Assembly (NCBI RefSeq): GCF_009834535.1
Contig: NC_045696.1
Location: 7,814,001 to 7,878,000 of the forward strand
DNA length: 64,000 nt
Reading direction: 5' to 3'
From: Camelus ferus
Lineage: Eukaryota
Shown piece after piece: positions 13,466-26,240 of the stretch; position 1 is the first letter of the stretch, and every line of letters begins with the position of its first letter. The position numbers and the translations under genes are program-made. The notes beneath the pieces were generated by a model. The model made no database searches and had not been told where the DNA came from. It was given only the letters and a program-made list of their open reading frames with translations.

Positions 13466-15162
13466 CGAGGCCTTGAAGGCACACCGCCCATGCTCAGAGT
13501 CTCAACACGCCTCTCCGCGGGGACGCAGACCAGCCCGGAAGACCGGGAGAGGCAGTTCTCACTGGGTCTTCCGGTCTCCCCACCCTTCTCATGTTCCTCT
13601 CTCCTGCAGGCGTCTACGCAAAACTCCTCCCGTCCCCAGAAACTAGAAAGTTCTCATGCATGTCAACACATGGGAATCCACATGAGAAGAGTAGTCAGCT
13701 CATCCATTTTGAAAGGGATCAAACTGGGAATTCCACCCAGCAGATTTAGGGGTGCCTTCCCCTCCAGGGCTACACCACACTTTGCAATGCCGTTAAGTGG
13801 GGTGGGGTTACCCCCCGTTCAGTGAGTGAGCTTTCCGTTTGTCATCCCTCACCTGGGTCCAGTGCTCTGAGGTCGGAGAGGAAACTGCCAGTATTCTGAA
13901 GAGGTGGGCAGGGAGCAGACATTCAGAGAGAGAGTGCATAGCAGGCCGTTTTATTGCAGAACCACAAACGTGCACTGGGGGAGCGGACCTGCGGGTCCCA
14001 CCAGTCCTGGACCATCTTTCTACCAGCCCTCCGACTTTCAGTGTGATGTTGTACCCTAGCCCTCAGACGTAACTGCTGCCCCCAATTCCTGAGCCCTCTG
14101 TGGCTCTGCAGGGATCATTCTGTTTCTGATGCCATCCCTCCTGCCACCTGCCCCCAGCAGGAAGGGTATAACTTCCTCCCTCCTGCTAAGTCAGATACCA
14201 CTTGTCCATTCAGTTTTCACCTTTCCAAAGTTTTCCTCTCTTCTGATGCTTCTTCTCCTGAGCTTTTCGTCCTTGGGGGACATTCCTTGGTTTCTCTGTC
14301 TTTTTTGCCACTTACGTGGGATGTGAGGAGAGGGCAGAGATAAACATGTGTATGTTCCAGCCCTGAGGATGACCCAGAAGCCTGCCTGCAATACCTCTGG
14401 GTCTAGCCTGGCCCAGGCCGGCTCCAGGTGGAGGAGGCCTTCTTCCTCAGGGGGCTCATGAGCCAGGAGCGGGGAAGGAGCAGTGGGTGTCCCGGAGACC
14501 TGTTCTCCTTGGAGGCCACCCACCGTGCTCAGGTGGACACTGACCTAGGTCACACCCAACTTGCTTCACAGTGGAGCCTGAGGCCCAGTGAACCAAAGCG
14601 ATATGGACATAGCCGGTCAGCAAAATGACAGGGCTGTGTGCCCGGTTGGAAAGAACAAAGCAGGGGCGTGGTCAGAGTGACAGCTGCCTGGATGTGGCCA
14701 GGCAGAACCAGCCGTCACCTTCTGTGGAATAGGGTTGCCTTTCAGCTTTGGTGTATTTCCATTCCCAGAAATCACTGCGATTAATTGACAATTAATTTAA
14801 TTAGCAATTAATGTAATGAACAATTCACTAATTAATGTAAATTAAATGGAATTTATCAAATGCAAAATGCAATATACTTTCCCTTTCTTTCCTCTAAGAA
14901 TATACCAAAATCGTAGTCCTGTCCCTTTTTTGAATTCTAGTATGCTAGTGCTCCCCCCACACTGTGTGTGTGAGTGTGTGTTTAAGGAAGAGAAAGGCTA
15001 TTGGCTCTGGAAAAAGTGTAACTAGACTTGGACACGGCAGCCCAAACTCCAGTACTCCCAGGGACTGGGAGGTGGAGGTCCTCTGCTAGGGCCTCCCTCT
15101 TACTTTCTCCCTCCAAAGCCCCTCCCTCCCACCACTCGCCAGCTTGGCCCCCTTCTTCTTCC

Positions 15163-16079
15163 TTTTTTTTTTTTTTTAGCTCAATAATTGCATTTTGTTA
15201 ATTTTTAAAACTTTATTTTCTATTAAAGCGTAGTTGATTTACAATGTTAGTTTCCGGTGGACAGCAAAGCAATGCAATTATACATACTCATACATATATA
15301 TTTTTTCTACTCAGATTCTTTTCCATTATATATTATTACAAGAAATTGAATATAGTTCCCTGTGCTATATAGTAGGTCCTTGTTGTTTATCTGTTTTATA
15401 TATAGTAGTGTTTGTCTGTTAATCACAAACTCCTAATTTGTCCCTCCCCCACCCTTTCCCCTTTGGTAACCATGTTTCTTTTCTATGTCAGTGAATCTAC
15501 TTTTTGTTTGTATATAAGATTTGATTCATTTTTTTAGATTCCACATGTAACTGATACATGATATTTGTCTTTCTCTGTCTGACTAACTTCATTTGGTATG
15601 ATCATCTCCAGGTCCATCCATGTTGCTGTGAATGGCATTATTTCATTCTTTTTTATGGTTGAGTAGTGTTCCATTGTATTAATATACCACATCTTCTTTA
15701 TCCAGTCATCCGTCAATGGACATTTAGGTTGTTTCCATGTCTTGGCTATTGTAAATAGTGCTGCTATGAACACTGGGGTGCATGTGTCTTTTCAAATTAG
15801 AATTCCCTCCAGATATATGCCCAGGAGTGGGATTGCTGGATCATATGGTAAGTCTATTTTTCATTTTTTAAGGAACCTCCATACTGTCCTCCATAGTGGC
15901 TGCACCAATTTACATTCCCACTGACAGTGTAGGAGTGTTACTTTTTCTACACACCCTCTGCAGCATTTTTTAAAATTGATTGTGGAATTTTTAATGACGG
16001 CCATTCTGACTGTTATAAGGTGATACCTCATTATAGTTCTGATTTGCATTTCTCTGATGTTGAGCATCATTTCATATGC
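15163..16079 (-). mobile_element. Cetartiodactyl-type L1 3' end
   Basis: ORFs 15534..15773 ([19 protein letters not shown]) and 15861.. ([34 protein letters not shown], the ORF2 Cys-rich domain); T-tail; degenerate TSD cttggcccccttctt/ctcggccccctcctt. Confidence 0.93.
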
Positions 16080-18589
16080 AACTCGGCCCCCTCCTTTCTC
16101 ATCCACCCCAGGTTCTTCACTTTCTCTCTGGCCTCCCCTGTCTGCGCACAGTGGTCTCTGCCCCAGGACCTCTCCTCTCCCCTCCCCGCTCCCTGGTGAA
16201 CTCCGGCTCCTCCTGGAGCTCAGATGCTGTTTCCTCCCCCAGCCTCTCAAGTCTGCAGCCAGGGGGCCAGTCACCGCTGAGGGTCCTCTTGCCCCGAACT
16301 GCCCCTTCTCTGTCTTCTGGCACTGGTCCCACATAACTGCTCTGACGGAGTCCGTGAGCTCCGGGGAAAGCAGGGACCCGGGTGCATAATCCCTGCAGGG
16401 ACCCTGGGCCATCGTGAGCACTGCGCCAATACGAGGGGAAGAAACCAAAGAGTGGAAGGGTGGAATTCATCATACTAATTCTGCATTTCCTCAGCTTGAG
16501 TCCCACTTTCAGATCATATTCAATTTCTCAATTTTTTAATTATTAAAAAGTGTTATCACGGAAATTTACTTGGGCCATTGTCATTTCCTTTTAGTGGACT
16601 GTTTAGGCATTTTAGCACAAAAATAACTCCTTGAGTGAGTGATGAGCAAAGCCATTAGTTAAAATTAATTGGAGTAATTAAAAGCAAATCGTTTGCCTGG
16701 GAAAACCAGATTTTAAGAGCTGGTCCAGGGCAGCTCTGCTGGGGAGCCGCGCTCCTGGGGTTTACCCCGCGCTGCTCTGGGCTTTGTTCCCTGGCTGCTG
16801 GTGGTTCTCACTGGTAGCCGCTATTAGTGGCGGTGACACGTTAATTGAACCTCACTACTTCCAGGTGTGTGGCACACTCCGGGGTCACCAATGCAGGGGG
16901 GGTTCATGTGCATTCAATTACGGCTGCGAGATGAAGGAATGCAACATGTCATACGTTAAAGTGTCAATTACCACCCCTTACGGAGCAGCCCGCAAACTAA
17001 ACCAATCAGCCCCCTTCCCTGCGGAGCGTGCTCTGTTTGGGCTGGAAACACTGTAAACCATGTGCGTGTTGTGCAGAAGCAGGGAGGAAACAGAGAACTG
17101 AGGGGGAAGAACTAAAGGGTTGGAAAATCCATCTTGAAAACTCAGACATTGTTTCCATTTGTTTCAAGATTACACTAGGGGCTGTTACAGGACATAGGAT
17201 TGGAAGCCATGACTCCGTGAAGACATCCACTCGAGAATACAGCCATTGACTAGGGGCTCAGGGATGCTGATGAAATACCCACCACTATATATGGCTGAGT
17301 TCTTACATGAGGCCAATTTATGACCTTTACATTTTAAGTGTTTACTTTCAGCCTTTACAGAAATGAAGAAATGTGTGCTTGTGTGCAAGTTTGGCTCTGA
17401 AATATTAATCTAAAATTGTGATAACTGGACAATCGAAACATGAAATAAATCTACGTAAGAAGAAATTTTAAAAGGAAGTTTTCTGCCTGCTCTGGCTGTG
17501 GTGAATTCTAGCCAAGTGTTTCCCCCTTTGGATTTATTCCGAGGAGCATAAGGCCATGACACCCCACAGCTGCCCCGTGAGACCATCTTTTGGTGGAGTT
17601 TTTCTTTCCTTCCTTCCTTTTTTAAAAAGGCATTTTTCTTAGAAGCCAGGATTCGTTATTATAATTAGTATTTATTACACCGTCTTCCTTCCCCAAACTC
17701 ACAGTGATCAATCATGTGTACCCTCTTCAGCACTGCCCTGTGTGGAATAAGTATTATCCTCCTTTCTCAGGGGCAAGAAAAAGAGGGTTAACAGTCTCAT
17801 TCAAGGTCACCTGACAAATTATTCCACATTAGAAACCACGATTGCTTAAGCTCCCCGATTGCTTAGACAAACAAGTCATGTTTTTCCTCTCAGTCCTTTC
17901 ATTTTGGGGTGCTGGTGGCCCTCTTCCTTATGTTGACCTTTAAGTCCATTCATCAGTCATCAAGTACTTGTTAAATACCTACTTTTAAACGTGTTAATTG
18001 TAGGAATAAGATTCTTTGGTTGAGGGAATACAGATCGAATTTCAATCCTCAAAACCACACTGAACTCTTATTACTAAGAAAAGAGGTCATTGTTGGTGCA
18101 ATTTCGCTTAATACCCATTTCTCTTCCATTCTCCTTCTTCCTGCATCTCCTCTGCCAGGGCTTACCTTCTCAAGGCCTCTTGCTTACGTATGGTGCTTTC
18201 TCTTCCAGAATTTGGACATTGGCTGTCAAATAAATTGAACTGCATGAAACTGATATTCGAGCATTTTTGATTTATGGAACTGGTTGTATGATTCAACCCA
18301 GTACAAGTCTGCTACAGAGGTTTGTGGCATTTGCAATTACAGTCAAACTGCACAATGCCTGGAAAAGAATTTTGAAAATGGCGTGATGCTACATTTAAGG
18401 TGTGTGTTACTGTTTTCATTATTAAAGTAATGATCTATTGGCTTCTGGATTTCTTTGTTAACTTGCTGCTGAAAACCCTCAATTGGCACCTTTTAAAAGA
18501 AGCCACGCTCTTCCCTCTTTTTTTGGGAGGGGTGAGTGGGGCCTGCTTTCCTGATGACTTGGGCTCCAAGGGGGCAGCTGGCCTGACTA

Positions 18590-18945
18590 CATCTTAGTCA
18601 GCTTGGGCTGTTATAACAAAATGCTAGAGACAGAGTGGCTCAAAGAACAGAAATTTATTTCTCACAGTCCTGGCAGCCAGGAGTATGGGCCAGTTGGGCT
18701 CCCTGTGGGAGCCCCTTTCCTGGATTGTAGACAGCTGCCTTCTTGTGGTGTCCTCACGTGGCAGAAAGAGACAGCAAGCTCTCTTGTGACTCTTTTTAAA
18801 AGAGCACTAATCCCTTTCCTGAGGGCTCCACCCTCACGACCTAATTACCTCCCCAAAGTTCCACTTCCAAACACTGTCACATTGGGGATTAGACTTTCAA
18901 CATGTGAATTTGGGGGTGGGGGACACAGACATTTAGTCCATAGCA
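18590..18945 (-). mobile_element. MLT1A-like solo LTR
   Basis: tcttagtcagcttgggctgttataacaaaat...aaatttatttctcacagtcctgg...cacattggggattagactttcaacatgtgaatttggg...gacatttagtccatagca. Confidence 0.9.
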
Positions 18946-21897
18946 CTGCATTAACTAGGCAGTTTAATGAAATCCACCGAGCGGGCTTATTAACAATCTT
19001 GGCCTCAGTCTCTTCCATGGTCTCAATTCAGGCGACTTTTTCCCTGTTCTTCAACTTGTGCATCTTTTAAATAGCCTCTTTTGGTCCAGGTTCTCTAGAA
19101 AACTAAGCCTGAAGCAGACTTAGTACTAAGGCAATCTCAGGGCAGTGAGTGAGGAAAGGGGGAGCCAAGGCAAGGAAGATGGGAAGTAGGACACTGGATG
19201 AGGAAGACAGAACCAGTGGGTCGGCAGATGTGCTTTTCAGCTCCAGCGGATGTCACTGTGTCTAAGAATGTCCACTGGAGGGAGAAAGAAAACATCTATC
19301 ATCTCTCTGGCTTCCAGGCTCCTGCCTCCCCTGGGTACATGTCCACTCCTTGTGGGGTTAACTCCCCTTCACAATCAGTTGCCACATCCAGCTCCTGCCC
19401 AGCCGGACAGAAGTCAGACCCCATGCCCTGCACGTGCATTTCAACCTTTTTTTTTGCTGAGTCCATAAGGGTCAGGAGGAGCCAGAGACTCTGGGTGTGG
19501 AGCTGGCTGGCCCTAGGCAGTAGAACATCATGGATTAAGGAAGCTGGTCTGGCCCTGGGGCCAGGCAAGCAGCGGGGGTCCAGGAAGAAGGTGAGCTGAG
19601 AGATCTTGAGGGGCACACTGGGTGGGTCTACTACACATGCCCATCCACATGTTGATTAATAAGTGGTTATTAATGCCTCCTCAGAGGATTTCCAGGAATT
19701 GGGACCCCACCCTCTTTTTGACCTTTTCTGGTCAGCCTGGGAGCTGCCCTGGCGCCTGTGGGTGTGCCATGAGGCTCAAGGTCCACTGGAAGTCATACTT
19801 CCGCCATCTTGGTTCTAACCAGTGTGTCCTGTCCTCAACTGCTGTGTCATTCCTCCAATGGCTGTGCCCCGCCCCCTTCCCTGCTGACTCAGCTGTAGAG
19901 TAAAGGAAGGGAGCCCAGATGCAGTGAATGCCCACTGGGTAATCAAGCCACTTGCGAGGGCGTGTTGAGAAAGGCGTCTGACTCAGGCACGTTAGGCGTG
20001 AGCTCCAGGTGCCGACAAGACTCCGTGGCACACAGAGGGGCCAAAGAATAGATGGTTTAAAACCTGAGGTGGTGCGGGCCTGCACTTGAATTTTTTTTTA
20101 AAGTAGATCACTGTTCTTCAGTTTTGTTTCATCCGTGTTAAATGGGACCGACGAGTTGGGATTTAACAGTCCAGGTTTGCTTGGTGGAGGTGAGTGTGGG
20201 GTGGAGGGCAGTGTGGGGTGGGGAAGTTTGCTGGCCCCACAGAGCCGGGCCAGGGCAAGCCCAGAGGTGACGAGGCAGAAGGAGCTTGGAGCCATTGTCT
20301 GTGCGGTCTGTTTTGCAACCTGGGAGGCCACGTGGGGATGGAGAGCAGGGGCAGGCAAACGGGATTCCTACGACACCAAAAGCCACGGCAGGGAAGAGAC
20401 AGGCATTCACGACACCTAGGGAGTTGAGTGGACATGAGCCGGGGTTCAGGGAATTCAGAGATGCTTTGAAGACCTCCTTTCGAAATACCATCCTGGCTTA
20501 GCTGCTCTCCAGCTTCAGGAGTTAGAAGATGAGTCTGAATAGGGGTCCAAAGGCACAAAACAGGAGGCCCCTTTGGGGATAATCAAGATATATCAGGTTT
20601 GCGGAGGAGTCTTCAGGGCACAGTCATTTGTGAACCAAACCAATGCACGAGGTCAAAGCATTTGCATTTGCATTTGCAAAGCATGCCATCACTTTTTTTT
20701 AAAAACAGGTATTTCTGTTGGCCAATCCTTATCAGATCCAATATTTGTTTTGCCCTAGACATCTTCACAAGTGTTCTCACATCAACCAAGCCGTGAGGAG
20801 CAAGGAGTTCCAGCCCAGTCATCAGAGTGCAATTGGAATGTCCTTTCTGAATCCTTGGAATCTCCCAGGGGCTTGGGCAGGAGACGGGGATAGAATCAGG
20901 AGAGAGACTCCTTAGGCCACTTTATCCCTTGCCCTGGGGATAACCCAAGTCCGGAGCCCTGGATTTTATTTGCAACTGGCTTCTTCTCTTTCTTGCTTCC
21001 CCAGAAGGTGCTGTGGGCACGTCCCCATCGCCCCAGGCTGGCCTGGGATCAAGCCCAGAGTTGGGAAAGCCCTCCTTTCCGAGTCACAGAGCTCTTTCCC
21101 TGGAGCCCCCTCCCCCTTGGCAAATAAAACCAGGGCATGGAGATCATTACACCACACATTATTAGGCAAAATTGGATTAATTAACCTTGTCTGGCCTCTC
21201 AGCTTGGCAGACAGAAAAAAAACGGGGTCTAGTTCAAATGCAGCATTTTGAAAATGTCAGCCGTGACTCGGTGATAAATATTTATAAATATATATGCCAC
21301 GTATCAACAGGGTGGCCAGTGTACTTTTATGTGTAAGTACACAAAGGTACTCTGTTGTTAACACACATTCAAAGCAGCAGCCTTGAAAGGGCCATTATGG
21401 CTTGTGCCGTGAATGTTTATTAAGAATAATATGCAAAACGGGGCGCCATCTGAATGGGCCCATTGATGGGGTATCAGAGCAGCCAGGGCTGGGATGGCAG
21501 ATCGTCAGGAATGATAATAATGTCCTTAACAGAACTTGCCCCAGCCCGAGAGAGTGGTGTGATGTGTCAGGGGCCCTGGCCCCTTCTGGTTGTGGGTGTT
21601 TGTTCTGGAAACGTTGACTTAAGACCCAAGCAGATTCTTCAACCATGGCACTCAGGCTCTGAGTCACAGAGTTGTATGAAGGATTTTCCCTCTTGAATTG
21701 AGCTCCAAGTAGTAACTGGAGTTTTAGGTGTGCATCCCAACCAAATCCTTTCCTCCTCCGCATCCTCTAAGTAGGAGACATTTCCTGAGGATTTCCCCAC
21801 ATTCCTTCACAGCCTCTCCTCTGCTCTTCTTAGTAGAGCCCCTTTCAGTTTAACTTCCTCTGGGCCTCCCCAGGATCCCTTCCTTGTTTTAGGGAAC

Positions 21898-22290
21898 TCT
21901 TCATTTATTCAACTGATATTTACGGAGTGCTTACTACACACGTGACTGACCTGGACCAAATGCTGGGGCTGCAGTGAGAGGTAAGATAGACATGGTCCCC
22001 ACTCATCGTTCTGGGAGGAGACATTTAGAAATCAAGTTGACGGAGAACAAGGATGACTTCAGAGAGGGACATGGCATTTAAAATCAAGCAGGTTCGCATT
22101 AGGGAGGGTTTGCTTGAGGATGAGGGGGGCTGTTTCAGGATAGGAAGTCCAAGGAGCATCTCCAGGGGTGACAGGTGGGTTGAGAGCTGACTGGCATGAA
22201 GGATCCAGCCTTGTGCAGCCTCGTGAACACCGGAGGCCAGGAGAACTTTCCAGGCAGAAGGAAGAGCAAGGGCAGAAGGCCAATGAGGTA
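21898..22290 (-). mobile_element. L2 fragment
   Basis: tcatttattcaactgatatttacggagtgcttactac...tgctggggctgcagtgag...caggcagaaggaagagcaagggcagaaggcc. Confidence 0.65.
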
Positions 22291-22496
22291 CAAAGGATCA
22301 AAGGACATAGAAGCCAGGGAGCAACCGGCAGGTAGGCAGAGCACAAGAGGACGCTCACCCTGGACGTTTGTCTTGTGAAACTGAAAATGGCTCTTGGAAT
22401 GGTGGTTCCTCTCAATCTGGAGTTGCCCGTGCCTCCATTGCTAAGAAGACTTGGGGAAGCCAGGAGATATTTTTCAGGTTGTTGAAAAAAAGCCCC

Positions 22497-22582
22497 TTTT
22501 TTGAAATGGAGGGACTGGGGATTGAACCCAGGACCTCATGCATGCTAAGCATATGCTCTGCCACTGAACTATACCCACCCCC
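22497..22582 (-). mobile_element. tRNA-derived SINE (camelid vic-1-like)
   Basis: Reverse complement ggggtgggtatagttcagtggcagagcatatgcttagcatgcatgaggtcctgggttcaatccccagtccctcc has Pol III A and B boxes and an A-rich tail. Confidence 0.9.
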
Positions 22583-23345
22583 ACAAATCACCCTTGCTGA
22601 TTGGTATACCTAGAAACATCCTCAGGAAAAAACCCACGGTCCACAGATTTGGGGTATTTCCCCTACTCTGTATTTGGGCTGGAGCTTGACTCTGTCTGCA
22701 GTGACATTTTTCATCACAGAGCTTGACAGATCCTTCTTTATTTGATCCCAGTTCACTTGGAGGCCTCCAAGGTAACTTATTTCCCCTCAGACACTCTTTG
22801 GTTCACTTATCACTCAGCATCGTTGAAAGATAAAAATTAAAGACTCAACTTTATCTATTATTCCAAGTATAGTTGACATCACGATCAATACACCCGGACA
22901 GAAGCTATTAACATTTTAATGAGTTACTCACTAATATTCCAAAGATGTGTCCACGAGTCATGGCCCCTTTGATTAAGGATGTACTCCGGAAACTACTGTA
23001 AATATATATAAGAAAGGCTCAGAACGAGGAGCTGTCACCCATCAATCCTGGGAGGGAGAGTGAGGTTTCATGAATAAAGAAGCTCACAAGGTGACTGTCC
23101 CTGGGCTACACAGTTTACTGTAAGAGCAATAACCTTTTCAAATGCCATTGGTCTGCTCTAAATGACAAACAAAGATGCCTACCTTTGTCAGTGGCCAAAT
23201 GTGTGTGTGTTGGCAGGGTGGAGGGGTGCGGTGTGCAATGGTAGTGCTGCGGATAAGGTGGAGAGGAAATGTCTGCACATCTTTTACATTCAGATCTGAG
23301 ATATCAAATAGGGAAGGGGTAAAGGTTTGGAGGGGAAAGCATGTC

Positions 23346-23432
23346 TTTTTTTTTTTTTTGAATAGAGGTACTGGGGATTGAACTCAGGACCTCGTGCATG
23401 CTTAGCACACACTACCACTGAGCTATTACCAC
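23346..23432 (-). mobile_element. tRNA-derived SINE (vic-1-like), followed by (CCA)n
   Basis: T-tail, then gaggtactggggattgaactcaggacctcgtgcatgcttagcacacactaccactgagcta. Confidence 0.9.
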
Positions 23433-24289
23433 CACCACCACCACCACACCTGGGGAAAACAGCTCCAGGAAGGGGGAAAGTTGTTGGAAAAGAGAAGACT
23501 TGGCAGCTATGGGGGGAGGGGTGGGGATGACAGAAGCCAACAGAAGGATGTGTGTGTGTGTCCGGTGTGTTGACTGCTCTGGTGTGAAGACTCTCCTGGA
23601 TATCCTCTCTTGCCTCCTTTATCCAATTTCCTAAAATTTCCTGGACAGGTGTTTTTGAGGTCTCCCTTGATCTGACTGGGCTCTGGACTCCTGGCTTTCT
23701 ACTACGGCCGGCAGGTAGTGGAATCAGATTCTGACACTGGCTAATCTCTCAGACTGTGGTCTCAGGAAGGTAAAACTTAGTTCTGTGTTTGTGCCAAGGG
23801 GAAGAGGCCGACCTGTTTGTGAACTTGGGGCAAGGACATGCCCCAAGACTCGGCTTACCTTTGGTGCAGACACAGAACCCATGGCTTGTTCTTGTGCAGG
23901 ACTTGGGCTTGGGGCAAGGGTGGGGGACTACGAGAAATGAGAGGGCATGACTGATATGCACCACCCTGTGAACTTTCTAGTGATCAGCCTGAGCCAGAGC
24001 AGGGGAGGGCGTGGGCTGTGGCAACCGGAATCTAGGCCAGGGAAAAGAAGTTGGTAAGTGGGGGTGAGGTAGGGATGAAGGTGAACCAAGGAAAGCATCC
24101 AAAACACGACTGCAATTCTGTGCTAGAAGGAGGAGGTGGGGGTGGGATGGGAAGGACTGAAGTAAATTAACTAGAGGGCTGTGTTTTCACAACGTGGTAC
24201 CATGAGCAGCCAAGGATATTTAAGTCAGAACAGATCTAGTCTTTCCCATCCACTTTGCCATTTTGCTTTCATTTTTCTTTACTGAAAAT

Positions 24290-24505
24290 AGGCAGGCTTG
24301 GAAGCCTGAATGACCTGAGTTCAATTTCAGCACACGTGTTTACTAGCTGTGAATTCACTTCGCCGGATCACCCAGGTCCAGCATTTGTCAAGTGAGACTG
24401 GTAATACTGTTGCTACCCTAGAGAATTATAATGCACCTCAAATGAGATAATGTGTAGCAAGCACTTACTACAGTCTGGTGCATGGTGAATAAATGCTGGC
24501 CAGGA
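24290..24505 (+). mobile_element. MIR
   Basis: gacctgagttcaatttcagc...tttactagctgtg...aaatgagataatgtgtagcaagcacttactacagtctggtgcatggtgaataaatgctgg. Confidence 0.7.
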
Positions 24506-24765
24506 TGGCAATCTGTATTGTTGCTAATGACAGTGACATTGGGCTGTCCCTGTCTCTTATTGATGAGGGAAACTCATCAGCCAAATGGAAAAGAAAAAGA
24601 CGGGTGGCCCCTGCAATAGTTTCCATATTGTCTTTCAAATAGCTGGAGAACAAGAGAGCTGACAAGCAACCTGACCGTGGCTCCTCGCTTTCTCTGAGAT
24701 GACAGCTCGTTGGTGCATTTCTCCACTCTTCAGCATTTGGCAGTTATCTTACTGAGTGTCTACAA

Positions 24766-25340
24766 TGGACTTCTGGTTTTGGCAACATGGTGGACCAAGA
24801 TAATATGGAAGAACTCTGGATACAAACGCCTGTAAAAGCTGGATAACTGAATCAATTAAAAAGTCATGGATGAAAGAGAGGGGAAATCCCAGTGCTAGAA
24901 ACACAGTGTCCTCTGGAAGCTGGAAGGCGATGGAGACATCTGTCACTGAAGCCGGAGCTTCCAGGCGGAGTCTCACCTGAATTAGGTCTCAGCAGTCCGT
25001 TGTAACACTCACTTAAGAAGATGAGACCTGGATCTCGGACGCCCCCGGAATAAAACTGAAACCCTCCAAAGGCACCAACACCCTCTGTGAATGGTGGACT
25101 CAGAGGCCAAGAAAGGTTTTTTGTTTTTTTTTTCACATCCAGGGTTCTGAGTCGGGGGAGAAACGCTATCCTGTGAGAAGTAAAACTTTAAGCCCAAGCC
25201 AGATGCTGTTTATAATATTGATTTACCTCAGTTGTGTGCTGAGTGATTCTCAATCTGAGGGTTTACCTAAAATTGGCTCCACAAACCAGGCAACAGAGAA
25301 CCCCCTCAGAAGAAACAATCCCGGGTGAGGATTAGCTCAT
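24766..25340 (+). mobile_element. Probable 5' region of an ancient L1 (L1ME/L1M-like)
   Basis: Starts ggacttctggttttggcaacatggtggacc...aaaagctggataac, resembling old L1 5' ends; extent uncertain. Confidence 0.45.
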
Positions 25341-26009
25341 TACAAGCCAAGGACACGCAAGGACTCATGGCGCGCGTGGGCCGGCTGCAGGGTCAGCAAG
25401 AAGGGTGCGTCGCGAGCCAGCCTCTGTTCCAGGAGCCTCGCGGGGCGCACAGAAGGCTCTGGAACCTGGAGGGTAGACCTGGCGCAGTGGCCCCTCACGG
25501 TTCACCGTGTAGCCGTTGATGAATGTTCTTTTTGACCCATGAGGATGATGGCCATATGTAACTCTTCCAAGACACAAACTGTAAGAAGTGTGAAGTCCCC
25601 CCAGGAAGGTTTGCCAGTGCAGAGGACATCGGTGGCTTTAGCCCGCCCAGCATCCTTTCTCCCTGACTCCTGGGAACAGCCCGGGCTCTGGGTAGACTGC
25701 CAACCACATCCCCTACCCCTAGGCACAGTTTTGGACACATGATGCCTGCTTGGTCAAAACTAGTACCCTACCCCTGGCCGTGGTGAATGACCCAGACATG
25801 GGCATGTGACCCCGGCCAGGGCACCAGAGCGTCCTTTCCTGAGGTTTTGTGCATGGATGCCGAGAAGAGTAAAGCTTGCCCCGTCAGAGGTTTGGTGAGT
25901 GGAACAGCATAGGGCTGGAGCTGTCTGTGGCTCTCCCTCCCCCCCTCCACCCTGCCCACCCCAGCCACGTGCAAAGAGCCCACCCACAGCAATGGCAGCG
26001 AGAACTGAC

Positions 26010-26240
26010 ACTTGTGGAGCAATTACCAGGCGTCAGGTGCTGTTCTGAGCGCTCTATAAGAATAACTCAGTTAATCCTCAGATCAGTCTTATGGGACAGC
26101 TTATTATCCCCGTTTTGCAGATGAAGAAACGGAGGCATAGAGAGTTTAAGTAAATTGTCCTAAGGCCACATAGCTATCAGTTATGGAATCTGGACTTGAA
26201 CTTCAATAGTTTGGCTTCAAAGCCTGTGCCTTAACAATAA
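26010..26240 (-). mobile_element. MIR (near full length)
   Basis: ttattatccccgttttgcagatgaagaaacggaggcatagagagtttaagtaaattgtcctaaggccacatagcta...ggacttgaac. Confidence 0.85.

Noticed and set aside
15861..16448. 195-aa ORF as a chimeric gene
   Set aside because: Only the C-terminus is L1 ORF2. The rest is GC-rich read-through with a non-ATG start and no supporting splice or promoter evidence.
17839..17866. Direct repeat cgattgctta x2 as a CRISPR-like or regulatory array
   Set aside because: Only two 10-bp copies and no array structure.
25360..25520. CpG island or promoter (also 43600-44000 and 44770-45480)
   Set aside because: The CpG-rich patches are short or moderate, with no associated first exon or core promoter that I can support.
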